A DNA stretch of 64,000 bases from Pseudomonadota bacterium (GTDB lineage: Bacteria > Pseudomonadota > Alphaproteobacteria > Rhizobiales > Xanthobacteraceae), in assembly GCA_023435725.1 (NCBI GenBank), contig JAEYRD010000044.1, positions 37,485 through 101,484 on the forward strand, in the 5' to 3' direction. Positions 20,711-29,432 of this stretch are shown one piece after another. The notes beneath the pieces are model-generated. The model did not search any database and was not told the DNA's origin. It saw only the letters and a list, made by a program, of their open reading frames with translations. How positions within the stretch are numbered: position 1 is the stretch's first letter; every line of letters begins with the position of its first letter. The position numbers and the translations under genes are program-made.

Positions 20711-22759
20711 ATGACCGCAGCCTTCGTCCCCCAGATCGCCCTCTATCGCAATTGGCTCGCCGCGCACCGCGGCCTTTCCTTCTCGAGCTACGAGGAGATG
20801 CGGCAATGGTCGGTGCGCGATCTCGACGGCTTCTGGAGCAGCATCTGGGACTATTACGATCTGCAATCGCCGACGCCGTTTGTGGCGGTCATCACCGAGC
20901 GCAAGATGCCAGGCGCGGTCTGGTTTCCCGGCGCTCAGGTCAACTATGCCCGGCAAGTGTTCCGGCATGTCGAGGCGGCCGATGCTGCGGGCCTGCCCGC
21001 GATCGTCAGCTGCGGCGAGGACGGCAAGCTCGACGAGACGAGCTGGCCGGAGCTCCGGCGTAAGGCCGCTGCCCTCGCGCTGCATCTGAGGGACAAGGGC
21101 ATCAAGCCCGGTGACCGGGTCGCGGCCTATCTGCCCAACATCCCCGAGACCATCATCGCCTTCCTGGCGGCCGCCAGCATCGGCGCGGTCTGGAGCGTCT
21201 GTGCGCCCGACATGGCCGCCCCCGCCGTGATCGACCGCTTCAAGCAGATCGAGCCGAAGGTGCTGATCGCCTGCGACGCCGTCACCTATGCCGGCCGGCG
21301 GCACGACCGGCGCGACGTCGTCGCCGAGCTCCGGCGATCGCTGCCGACGGTCGAGCATGTCATCCTGCACGGCGAAGCTGGCGCGGCAACGGCGCCGGAC
21401 GCCCTGCTCTCCGACATTCTCGCAAGGACGGGCGCGGTGATCGACGCGTTCGAGCCGATGTGGCTGCCGTTCGATCATCCGCTCTGGATCGTCTATTCCA
21501 GCGGCACCACCGGCCTGCCGAAGCCGATCGTGCACGGCCATGGCGGCATCGTCATCGTGGTGCTGGCGCTGCTCGGCCTGCACAACGACATCGGCTGCTC
21601 CTACCACGAGAATTCCTTCGGCGAGCGCTATCATTGGTACAGCTCGACCGGCTGGATCATGTGGAATTCGCAGGTCGGCGGCCTGCTCAGCGGCACCACC
21701 TGCTGCATCTTCGACGGCAGCCCCGGCGGCGCCAAGGACAAGCCGGACTGGAGCACGCTGTGGCGCTTCGTGGCGCAGTCGAAATCGACCTTCTTCGGAG
21801 CGGGCGCGGCGTTCTTCGCCAACTGTGGCAAGGCCGAAATTGATCTCGCCGCAGCCGGCGATCTGTCACGACTGCGCTGCCTGGGCTCAACCGGCTCGCC
21901 GCTCAGCGCCGACACGCAGGCCTGGTTCAACGAACGCTTCGCGGCGCTGTCGAAGACGAACGGCAGCAACGCTCAGGCCGACATCTGGTGGGCGAACATC
22001 TCCGGCGGCACCGATTTCGCCGGCGCCTTCATCGGCGGCAATCGCGAACTGCCGCAGACGCCGGGCGCGATGCAGTGCCGCCTGCTCGGTGCTGCCGTCG
22101 AAGCCTTCAGCGAACAGGGCCGCGCCGTCATCGACGAGGTCGGCGAGCTCGTCTGCACCGAGCCGATGCCCTCGATGCCGCTCTATTTCTGGAACGACAA
22201 GGGCGATGAGCGTTATCGCTCCAGCTATTTCGAGACCTATCCGGACAATTTCGACGGCAGCGGCCGCGGGCCGGTGTGGCGGCACGGCGACTGGCTCAAG
22301 GTCAATCCGGACGGCTCCTGCATCATCTATGGCCGCAGCGATGCCACCATCAACCGGCACGGCCTGCGCATGGGCACGAGCGAGCTCTATTCCGCGATCG
22401 AGGCCCTGCCCGAGGTGCTCGACTCCCTCGTCGTTGACCTCGAATATCTCGGCCGCGACAGCTACATGCCGCTGTTCGTGGTGCTGCGCGAAGGCGTCGC
22501 GTTCGACGGCGCGATGCAGGCCAAGATCAACAAGGCGATCGAAGCCGGTCTCTCCCGCCGATTCCTGCCGAACGAGATTTTCGCCGTCGCCGAGATCCCG
22601 CGCACGCTCTCGGGCAAGAAGCAGGAACTGCCGATCAAGAAGCTGCTGCTCGGTCAGCCCGTCGAGAAGGTCATCAACAAGGAGGCGATGGCCAATCCGG
22701 CCTGCCTCGACTGGTATCTGGCCTTCGCACGCGGCTATCTCGCCAGAACCGCGGCCTGA
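20711..22759 (+). CDS. Acetoacetate--CoA ligase
   Basis: WFPGAQVNYA, YSSGTTGLPKPIVHGHGG, ISGGTD, WRHGD, GRSDATINRHG, IPRTLSGKKQE. Confidence 0.93.
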   Translation: MTAAFVPQIALYRNWLAAHRGLSFSSYEEMRQWSVRDLDGFWSSIWDYYDLQSPTPFVAVITERKMPGAVWFPGAQVNYARQVFRHVEAADAAGLPAIVSCGEDGKLDETSWPELRRKAAALALHLRDKGIKPGDRVAAYLPNIPETIIAFLAAASIGAVWSVCAPDMAAPAVIDRFKQIEPKVLIACDAVTYAGRRHDRRDVVAELRRSLPTVEHVILHGEAGAATAPDALLSDILARTGAVIDAFEPMWLPFDHPLWIVYSSGTTGLPKPIVHGHGGIVIVVLALLGLHNDIGCSYHENSFGERYHWYSSTGWIMWNSQVGGLLSGTTCCIFDGSPGGAKDKPDWSTLWRFVAQSKSTFFGAGAAFFANCGKAEIDLAAAGDLSRLRCLGSTGSPLSADTQAWFNERFAALSKTNGSNAQADIWWANISGGTDFAGAFIGGNRELPQTPGAMQCRLLGAAVEAFSEQGRAVIDEVGELVCTEPMPSMPLYFWNDKGDERYRSSYFETYPDNFDGSGRGPVWRHGDWLKVNPDGSCIIYGRSDATINRHGLRMGTSELYSAIEALPEVLDSLVVDLEYLGRDSYMPLFVVLREGVAFDGAMQAKINKAIEAGLSRRFLPNEIFAVAEIPRTLSGKKQELPIKKLLLGQPVEKVINKEAMANPACLDWYLAFARGYLARTAA

Positions 22760-22767
22760 AGGTCCGA

Positions 22768-22980
22768 TCAGGCACCGCCGAAATTGGACGGATCGAGATT
22801 CCTGTTCTCCGAAGGCGGGATCGGTGGATAGCCGGGAAATTTGTACCAGCCGGGCGGCACGGGCGCGTCTTCGGCCGGACGGACGACGACATGACGAGGC
22901 GGGCGGGCGTGATGTGCCGGCGCGGCGGCAGCCGGGGCATATGCCGAAATCAGAAGAAAGAGAACCAGGACGGACCGCAT
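22768..22980 (-). CDS. Small secreted Pro-rich hypothetical protein
   Basis: Signal peptide MRSVLVLFLLISAYAPAAA, C-terminal NRNLDPSNFGG. Confidence 0.6.
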   Translation of the reverse strand: MRSVLVLFLLISAYAPAAAAPAHHARPPRHVVVRPAEDAPVPPGWYKFPGYPPIPPSENRNLDPSNFGGA

Positions 22981-23188
22981 CGAACGGCTCCAGACGTTCA
23001 TCCGGGCCACCATATGGTGCGGGAACTGCGCCGGGACGATGCATCCGCGACGTCACGCGCTGTCACATCGACGGCATCCGCGGCGACGAAGGGCGCGGGA
23101 GATCGCCCCAATTGCGCCAACGCCATTTGGACTCCGTTCACCGATCGCCGCTAGATCAGAAGGGAACTCTTAGCGACGAACATCAGCC

Positions 23189-23491
23189 ATGGCCGACCTC
23201 AACGCCGTCCTCACCAGGCTCAACGACCGTCTGCTCCGCCTCGAGGGCGAGCTGTTCGTGTTGCGCTCGCTGGCGCGCGCAACACTGACGGCAGGCGACG
23301 ACCATGCGGCACGCATGCGCAAGCTGGTCGAAGCCGCAAAGGTCGCGCTCGACGATGAGGCGACGCGGCCGCTGGACAAGCCGACGCGCAAATATGTCGA
23401 TGCCGCAACCGCACTGGTGGAAGAGCTGCTGGTCGAGCCGACCCCGGCGCGGCCGCTGTTCACGGTCATCGACGGCGGCCGGCGCGACTGA
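23189..23491 (+). CDS. Hypothetical protein
   Basis: Good codon usage, C-terminal LFTVIDGG motif. Confidence 0.7.
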   Translation: MADLNAVLTRLNDRLLRLEGELFVLRSLARATLTAGDDHAARMRKLVEAAKVALDDEATRPLDKPTRKYVDAATALVEELLVEPTPARPLFTVIDGGRRD

Positions 23492-23496
23492 GCGCG

Positions 23497-23733
23497 TCAG
23501 AACGGCCGATTTGTGCCTGATACGCTGGAATCGCCAGATTTCAGCCGGCTGAGGCCCGCTTCGATGATCGCGATCTCCTCGTCGATCTGGCCGATCGGCA
23601 GGCTGAAATCATAGCCGGACCTGCTCTTCAGATCGACCGCAAGCCGCTGCCGGTGCATCATCAGCTCGTCGAGGCCGCGCCGGTTCTTCAGTCGCACATA
23701 GGCGTCGACGATCTGCTCAATCGCGTAAGGCAT
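23497..23733 (-). CDS. Hypothetical protein (78 aa)
   Basis: AGGA RBS, MPYAIEQIVDAYVRLKN..., good codon usage. Confidence 0.7.
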   Translation of the reverse strand: MPYAIEQIVDAYVRLKNRRGLDELMMHRQRLAVDLKSRSGYDFSLPIGQIDEEIAIIEAGLSRLKSGDSSVSGTNRPF

Positions 23734-23748
23734 AAAATCGGTCCTGGC

Positions 23749-23830
23749 AAAAAAGCCCGCGCGGCGCACCCACGCCGGCGGGACATTTTTGATGTCGCGG
23801 TACGCAATACAAATCCGCGACGGATTCGTC
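23749..23830 (-). ncRNA. Candidate small RNA or terminator-containing leader
   Basis: Hairpin GTCGCGG/CCGCGAC (23794-23821) followed by a GC-rich terminator with U6 (23749-23784). Confidence 0.4.
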
Positions 23831-23889
23831 GATACGACACGCTGGTTGAGAACGCGTTACCGTTTGGTGATTTCGCGATGCGCGGCACG

Positions 23890-23970
23890 AAAAAGCCGCT
23901 GGCGATCATGCCAGCGGCCAAAGCCGGGTTCGAAAATGGATCGGGATTGAAATTTCGCCAGCCCCGGTGC
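23890..23970 (-). ncRNA. Candidate ~80-nt small RNA
   Basis: -10 TAGAAT (23981..23976), 5' hairpin CCGGG...CCCGG, perfect 9-bp terminator GCCGCTGGC/GCCAGCGGC plus U5. Confidence 0.6.
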
Positions 23971-24002
23971 GCCCCATTCTAACGGCAAACAACGGATTCC
24001 TT

Positions 24003-24018
24003 TGTTACAAATGAAACA
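24003..24018. promoter_or_regulatory. CRP-family (Clr-like) box TGTTAC-N4-GAAACA
   Basis: TGTT-N8-AACA palindrome centred at -41.5 from the start site implied by TAGAAT. Confidence 0.6.
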
Positions 24019-24163
24019 CAGGAACAGGCAGATAGCCAATTGCTGCGCAACCGTGGCCGTGTGGCAACGCTCGTCCGTAGCGCAGAATAATCTACGCGGC
24101 AGCCTGCGGCAGGCGCTGCAGCGGCAGTACGGCCTGTAAGGGCCAACAGGCGCAATCGGGACG

Positions 24164-24343
24164 TCAACGCTCCTGCGCATACATCACGACCGAGCCCGCG
24201 AGCCCGATCAGTGAACAGGCCAGCAGCCCATATTGGAGGATGGCGAGCGCCTGGCTCGGTGCCTCGGTAGCGCTCATCATCTGATAGATCAGCACCGCCG
24301 ACGTCATCCCGCTCATCAGCATCAATTTTGACCATCTCGACAT
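24164..24343 (-). CDS. 59-aa two-helix membrane protein (missed by the ORF track)
   Basis: MSRWSKLMLMSGMTSAVLIYQMMSATEAPSQALAILQYGLLACSLIGLAGSVVMYAQER*, GGGGGA RBS. Confidence 0.7.
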   Translation of the reverse strand: MSRWSKLMLMSGMTSAVLIYQMMSATEAPSQALAILQYGLLACSLIGLAGSVVMYAQER

Positions 24344-24512
24344 GGCATTCCCCCGCCTTGGACGGGGTGTTGGACGCCACGAGGCGGGCTCAGGTTCGAT
24401 CCGCCCACACCCAGCGCATTGTTGATAACCGCCACAACGGCCCCACGGGTGGTGACAGGACGTCCGGACGTGTTATCGGGGATGACGCAGTTGCGAGACG
24501 GATCGGACACTC

Positions 24513-25100
24513 ATGCGCATTACCCTTGTCGGCTCCCGCCATTTCGGCGTGACCACCCTGAACATGCTCCGGGAGCACGGCGTCTCGATCGTGCGGGTCG
24601 TGGTGGCCGATGCCGCCGATCGCCTCGCCGCGACCGCCAAGGCGGCCGGCATCGAGGTGGTGACCCAGGCCAATCCAAAGCTGGTGGTGGCCTCGGAGAT
24701 CGCCCCCGATACCGATCTGATCATCACCGCCCACAGCCATGCCCGGATCGGCAAGGACGCCCTGGCGGCCGCAAAGCTGGGCGGGATCGGCTATCACCCC
24801 TCGCTGCTGCCGCGTCACCGCGGCAAGGCCGCCGTGGAATGGACCATCAAGGAAGGCGACCCGATCGCCGGCGGCACGATCTATCATCTCGCCGATCGCA
24901 TGGACGCCGGCGCCATCGCCGCGCAGGACTGGTGCTTCGTCAAGAAGGGCGAGACCGCCCGCGAGCTCTGGGAGCGCGCGCTCGCCCCGCTCGGGCTCAA
25001 GCTGCTGGCTGATGTGATCGATTACGCCAGGGTCCACAAGGCGCTGCCGGCCAAGACGCAAGACGAGCAGTTCGCCACCTTGGCGCCGAGTCTCTCCTGA
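24513..25100 (+). CDS. Stand-alone formyltransferase family protein (Fmt N-domain-like)
   Basis: GYHPSLLPRHRG, GGTIYHL, MDAGAI. Lacks the Fmt C-terminal domain. Confidence 0.9.
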   Translation: MRITLVGSRHFGVTTLNMLREHGVSIVRVVVADAADRLAATAKAAGIEVVTQANPKLVVASEIAPDTDLIITAHSHARIGKDALAAAKLGGIGYHPSLLPRHRGKAAVEWTIKEGDPIAGGTIYHLADRMDAGAIAAQDWCFVKKGETARELWERALAPLGLKLLADVIDYARVHKALPAKTQDEQFATLAPSLS

Positions 25101-25170
25101 CGTTTACCCTTAACGTGAAGCAGCCTTGATTCTGCTTCGAAAATCGGAATCAAAAACGCAAATAAATCAT

Positions 25171-25186
25171 TGTTTCAACAGGAACA
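25171..25186. promoter_or_regulatory. CRP-family (Clr-like) box TGTTTC-N4-GGAACA
   Basis: TGTT-N8-AACA in the AT-rich region about 90 nt upstream of 25273. Confidence 0.55.
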
Positions 25187-25272
25187 ATTTGCTCTTTGGC
25201 ATTGCAACAAATTTCTGTCACATTTCGTCCGAATAAGCGTCAGCATCTCAGACACATTCAAGGACGGAATTC

Positions 25273-25623
25273 ATGCGTTTTGGTCGCATCGCGGCGTTCT
25301 GTGCCGCTTCAGTTTTCGCCGGTACCCTCGCCGCTCCCGCCTTCGCCCAGAGCCCCTATGACGGCAATTGGCACGTCACCATCGTCACCAAGACCGGCAC
25401 CTGCGAGCCCACCGCAAGCTCCATGCTGACGGTTGCCGACGGCAAGATCACCGCGCCCGGCGCTAACGTTTCCGGCACCATAGGCCGTGAGGGACTTGTG
25501 AAAGTTTCGATCAATGGTGCATATGCCAACGGTCAACTCAACGGCAACGCCGGATCGGGGAAGTGGAATGGAGCATCTGCAGGCATACCGTGCAGCGGGC
25601 GGTGGGAAGCATCGCGCCAATAG
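25273..25623 (+). CDS. Small secreted beta-rich hypothetical protein
   Basis: Signal peptide ending AFA-Q, YDGNW, two Cys in the mature part. Confidence 0.8.
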   Translation: MRFGRIAAFCAASVFAGTLAAPAFAQSPYDGNWHVTIVTKTGTCEPTASSMLTVADGKITAPGANVSGTIGREGLVKVSINGAYANGQLNGNAGSGKWNGASAGIPCSGRWEASRQ

Positions 25624-25657
25624 ACCAACTGAGGCTCACGCCCGAACCCGTCGGCTG

Positions 25658-26113
25658 TTGATCGCGGCCGCCGTTTTGTTTGCGGCGGGGATCGCCAACT
25701 CTGAAAGCAAGGCTCAGTCCGGCCCGTTCGCGCCGATGGCGGGCAGCTGGAGCGGTGGCGGCGTCGTCACCCTCGATGACGGCTCCACCGAGCGGATCCG
25801 CTGCCGGGCCAAATACGCCCCGATCGGACCGACCATGGAGATGTCGCTGACCTGCGCCAGCGACGCCTACAAGTTCAACCTCGGCGCCAACGTCAAGGCA
25901 GAGGGCAGCTCCATCACCGGCAGCTGGTCCGAGGCCAGCCGCAACATCAGCGGCTCGCTGCAGGGCCGCGGCGGCGGCGGAAACTTCGAGGTCGTCGCCT
26001 CCGCCGCCGGCTTCAACGCCAACATCGCGCTGAGGACGAGCGGCAACAGGCAGACCGTCACGATGCGGGCGGACAGCCAGTTCCGCGGCGCCAACATCAC
26101 GATGTCGCGCTAA
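25658..26113 (+). CDS. Secreted beta-rich hypothetical protein
   Basis: Signal-like LIAAAVLFAAG, MAGSWSGGG, ERIRCRAKY. Start uncertain (TTG 25658 chosen). Confidence 0.7.
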   Translation: MIAAAVLFAAGIANSESKAQSGPFAPMAGSWSGGGVVTLDDGSTERIRCRAKYAPIGPTMEMSLTCASDAYKFNLGANVKAEGSSITGSWSEASRNISGSLQGRGGGGNFEVVASAAGFNANIALRTSGNRQTVTMRADSQFRGANITMSR

Positions 26114-26140
26114 CCCCACGCGGACCGTACTCAAGACCAA

Positions 26141-26164
26141 CGACCCGGCGCCCGCGCCGGGTCG
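26141..26164. terminator. Hairpin between convergent genes
   Basis: CGACCCGGCGC/GCGCCGGGTCG inverted repeat. Confidence 0.65.
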
Positions 26165-26170
26165 ATTACT

Positions 26171-26569
26171 TTATGCGCCGGGCACGAACGCCGTCACCTC
26201 GATCTCGACCTTGGCCCGGTCGTCCACCAGACCGCCGATGTAGAGCAGCGTCGAGGGCGGAAAATTACGCCCCAGCGTCTCCTTCCAGGCCGCACCGATG
26301 CCGGCGCCCGCGGCCTCATACTCGCCGCGGCTGGTCAGATACCAGGTCAGGCGGACGATATGCTCGGGGCCGGCGCCAGCCTCGCTCAACAGCTTGATGA
26401 TCCGCTTCAGCGCTGTTGCGACCTGAGCCGCCATGTCAGGCGCGTAATTGCCCGTCTCGTCGCCGCCGGTCTGCCCGGCGAGCACCACCCAGCGGCCCGG
26501 CCCGTCCACCGCCACGCCATGTGAAAAGCCGCGCGGTTTTTTCCATTCGGCTGGCTGCAGGATACGCAT
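26171..26569 (-). CDS. RidA/YjgF family protein
   Basis: PRGFSHG, LAGQTG, PPSTLL, AKVEIEVTA. Confidence 0.9.
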   Translation of the reverse strand: MRILQPAEWKKPRGFSHGVAVDGPGRWVVLAGQTGGDETGNYAPDMAAQVATALKRIIKLLSEAGAGPEHIVRLTWYLTSRGEYEAAGAGIGAAWKETLGRNFPPSTLLYIGGLVDDRAKVEIEVTAFVPGA

Positions 26570-26718
26570 GAGCGAAGTTCTCCCTTTTCTTGTCGTTGTT
26601 CGCTGAAGCCTTAGCACGCTGCCCGGCATCGCTGCACCCGCAGATTTGGCCGTTGCAAACGACGACGATGTCGCCGATACCGGCCCTCCCTCAGGATCCT
26701 CTCTCCCCGTTCGCCGCG

Positions 26719-27594
26719 ATGAACACGACACCGTCCAAAACGATGGCCGCACTGTGGATGGCCGGCTGGCTGGCGCTGATGCTCGTCATGGCGGTGGCCG
26801 GACGCGAGACCACGCGCGAATTGAGCGTCTTTCAGATCATGGAGGTGCGCTCCGTGATCGGGTTTGTACTGCTGCTGCCGATCATCTACCGGGCCGGTGG
26901 TTTCAAGGCGGTCGCGACCAAACGCCTGCCCCAGCACGTTGCGCGCAACCTGGTCCACTATGCCGCGCAGCTCGGCTGGTTCTTCGCACTGACACTGATC
27001 GGAATCGGCCAGGTGGTGGCAATCGAATTCACGATGCCGATCTGGACCGCCCTGCTGGCCGCCACTTTCCTGTCCGAGCGCATGACCGTCTGGAAGATCG
27101 CCGCCATCGTACTCGGCATCGTCGGCGTGGTCATGATCGTGCGGCCCGCCACCGGCGAGATCAATCCGGGCCAGCTGATCGCGCTCGGGGCCGCAGTGGG
27201 CTTCAGCATCTCAATGGCTTTCGCGAAATCGCTGACCCGGACCGAGAGCGCGTTGTCGATCCTGTTCTGGATGATCGTGGTGCAGGCGGTCGTGGGCCTG
27301 CTGCCGACGCTCAATGCCTGGACTTGGCCCTCCGCCCACCTCTGGGGCTGGCTCTTCGTCATCGGGGTCTGCGGCACTTTCTCGCACTACTGCCTCGCCA
27401 GCGCGTTGCGACACGCGGACGCAACCATCGTGGTGCCAATGGACTTCCTGCGGGTTCCGCTCACCGCGACCGCCGGCTGGCTGCTCTATTCCGAGCGCCT
27501 CGACACCTGGACCGTGCTCGGCGCGGCGCTGATCCTGTTCGGCAACCTCCTCAATCTGAAGCCGGCGTCGCCGGTCCCCGCCCGCGCGCGGTGA
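26719..27594 (+). CDS. DMT/EamA family transporter
   Basis: About 10 TM segments, IEFTMPIW, LSERMT, VPMDFLRVP. Confidence 0.9.
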   Translation: MNTTPSKTMAALWMAGWLALMLVMAVAGRETTRELSVFQIMEVRSVIGFVLLLPIIYRAGGFKAVATKRLPQHVARNLVHYAAQLGWFFALTLIGIGQVVAIEFTMPIWTALLAATFLSERMTVWKIAAIVLGIVGVVMIVRPATGEINPGQLIALGAAVGFSISMAFAKSLTRTESALSILFWMIVVQAVVGLLPTLNAWTWPSAHLWGWLFVIGVCGTFSHYCLASALRHADATIVVPMDFLRVPLTATAGWLLYSERLDTWTVLGAALILFGNLLNLKPASPVPARAR

Positions 27595-27633
27595 ACCACA
27601 CACCGTCTCGCGCGACAAAACAAAGTGGTCGAG

Positions 27634-27649
27634 CGTGATTTGGATCACG
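27634..27649. promoter_or_regulatory. CRP/FNR-type palindrome CGTGAT-N4-ATCACG upstream of the caspase gene
   Basis: GTGA-N6-TCAC inverted repeat in the intergenic region. Confidence 0.5.
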
Positions 27650-27794
27650 TTGGAGGGGCATTCCATCGTGCACATTCGACCGCACAGCGATGGGTTGGGC
27701 GAACAATCGTTTTGCTAGTGCGAAACCGGGCGTGTCGTGTAAGTTCGTTGCCAATTTGTTGCTGCCTGCAATTCGATTCTGTTGGGGATTTCAG

Positions 27795-29240
27795 ATGCGC
27801 TATCTCACCCTGCTCGCTTCGCTGATGTGCATGGCACTATCGGTCAGCGCAGCGAAGGCGGACCGCCGTGTTGCTTTCGTCGTCGGCAACGGCACCTACA
27901 AGAACGTCGCGCAATTGCCGAACCCACCGATCGACGCCAAGGCAATGGCGGCGACACTGCGCAATGTCGGCTTCGAGGTGATCGAGGGGTCCAACCTCAC
28001 CCGCGACCAGATGACGGAAAAGCTCCTGGACTTCGGCCGCAAGGCGCAGGGCTCCGATGTCGCGGTGTTCTATTACGCCGGTCACGGCATCGCCGTCAGC
28101 GGCAGCAACTATCTCCTGCCGGTGGACGCCGACATCAAGTCGGAGATGGACGTCAAGCTCGGTGCTGCCATCAATATCGACCTGACGCTCGAGCAGACCA
28201 TGGGCGATGCCAAGGTCAAGCTGGTCTTCCTCGATGCTTGCCGCGACAATCCGTTCGCCGCCAAGATCAAGTCGAACTCCGCGACCCGCAGCGTCAACGT
28301 GCAGAGCGGTCTTGCCGAGATGAAGTCCGGCGAAGGCACGCTGATCGCATTCGCAACCGGCCCGGGCCAGACCGCGCTCGACGGCCAGGAGGGCAACAAC
28401 AGCCCGTTCACCCGCGCGCTGATCGACAACATCACCAAGCCCGGCGTCGAGATTCAGCAGGCCATGACGTCGGTCCGCGCCCAGGTCAACGAAGAGACCC
28501 ACAAGGGCCAGCTGCCGTGGGGCCATACCAACCTGATCGGCGCCGTCTACCTCAATCCGGCCCAGCAGACGCAACAGGTTGCCAATGCGGCGCCGACCGC
28601 GGCCGGCAGCGTGCCGGCGATGAGCGGCGGCAATTCGGACGGTGTCGAACTCGAATACTGGCGCTCGGTCAAGGAGTCCAACAAGCCGGAAGAGCTCAAC
28701 GCCTATCTCGCGGCCTATCCGAACGGCCAGTTCAAGGCGCTTGCGCTGGCGCGGCTTGCCGCGATCAAGAGCGGCCCGTCGACCGCGACCCGCAACCTCA
28801 ACGGCAGCGTTGATCCCGCGACCTTCACCGAAGATGCGACCCAGCTCACCGAGGACCAGATCGGCCTCGACAAGGCACAGCGCCGCGACGTGCAGCGCCG
28901 CCTGACCGGGCTCGGCTTCGACACCAAGTTGACCGGCGCGTTCAGCGATGAGACCCGCTCGGTGCTCAAGCGCTGGCAGGCTGCCCGCGGCTATCCGTCG
29001 ACAGGCTACCTCAACAAGCTCCAGCACAAGGCTCTGCTCTCCGAGGTCGTGGCCACCACTCCGACCGCGAGCGGCGAAAGCCCGAAGCCGGCCCGGCGTG
29101 CCAGCGCTCCCGCGCAGAGCAGCGCGCCGGCATCGGCACCGGCACCCGCCCCTCGCCAGAGCGGCCCCGGCGATGCCGCTGGCGCAGCCTTCGTGGGAGG
29201 CGTCGTCGGTGGCATGATGGGCGGCATGTTCCGCCGCTGA
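27795..29240 (+). CDS. Secreted caspase-family (peptidase C14) protein with C-terminal peptidoglycan-binding domain
   Basis: Signal peptide, catalytic YYAGHG and LDACRDNP, VQRRLTGLGF...TRSVLKRWQ PG-binding repeat. Confidence 0.9.
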   Translation: MRYLTLLASLMCMALSVSAAKADRRVAFVVGNGTYKNVAQLPNPPIDAKAMAATLRNVGFEVIEGSNLTRDQMTEKLLDFGRKAQGSDVAVFYYAGHGIAVSGSNYLLPVDADIKSEMDVKLGAAINIDLTLEQTMGDAKVKLVFLDACRDNPFAAKIKSNSATRSVNVQSGLAEMKSGEGTLIAFATGPGQTALDGQEGNNSPFTRALIDNITKPGVEIQQAMTSVRAQVNEETHKGQLPWGHTNLIGAVYLNPAQQTQQVANAAPTAAGSVPAMSGGNSDGVELEYWRSVKESNKPEELNAYLAAYPNGQFKALALARLAAIKSGPSTATRNLNGSVDPATFTEDATQLTEDQIGLDKAQRRDVQRRLTGLGFDTKLTGAFSDETRSVLKRWQAARGYPSTGYLNKLQHKALLSEVVATTPTASGESPKPARRASAPAQSSAPASAPAPAPRQSGPGDAAGAAFVGGVVGGMMGGMFRR

Positions 29241-29262
29241 GGCGCGAAGCCTGCCTGAAAAC

Positions 29263-29289
29263 AAAAGCCCGGCTTGCGCCGGGCTTTTT
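29263..29289. terminator. Bidirectional rho-independent terminator
   Basis: AAAAGCCCGGC-TTGC-GCCGGGCTTTTT. Confidence 0.9.
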
Positions 29290-29432
29290 CGTTGGTGTTC
29301 TCACGCGTCAAGACAGAAGGAAGGAAGGTACTGCTGCACACTCCGCAATGACGAGGGTTGGGAGACGGACTCGTCACACACGGACGCCCCGGCCTGCGGG
29401 CATCCGCTCGTCAAACGCATTCGAGCGAACCG

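Noticed and set aside
21540..23288. 582-aa alternative-frame ORF and many other long antisense or overlapping ORFs (e.g. 60441-62849, 51267-52997, 12325-13806)
   Set aside because: Shadow ORFs of high-GC coding sequence with Arg/Ala/Pro-rich nonsense translations overlapping well-supported genes.
24363..24415. T-loop-like GGTTCGATCC inside a nested hairpin upstream of the formyltransferase (tRNA or folate/ZTP riboswitch?)
   Set aside because: No cloverleaf, D-arm or anticodon arm, and no ZTP or THF consensus recognisable. Possibly just a GC-rich hairpin.
24003..25186. The two TGT-N10-ACA sites as NifA upstream activator sequences
   Set aside because: No GG-N10-GC sigma54 promoter was found next to either site, and the -41.5 geometry fits a CRP-type activator.
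29341..29376. TGGGAGACGG resembling the 3' part of the THF-II (folE) riboswitch
   Set aside because: The matching 5' strand is missing and there is no downstream plus-strand gene. Better explained as a minus-strand hairpin loop.
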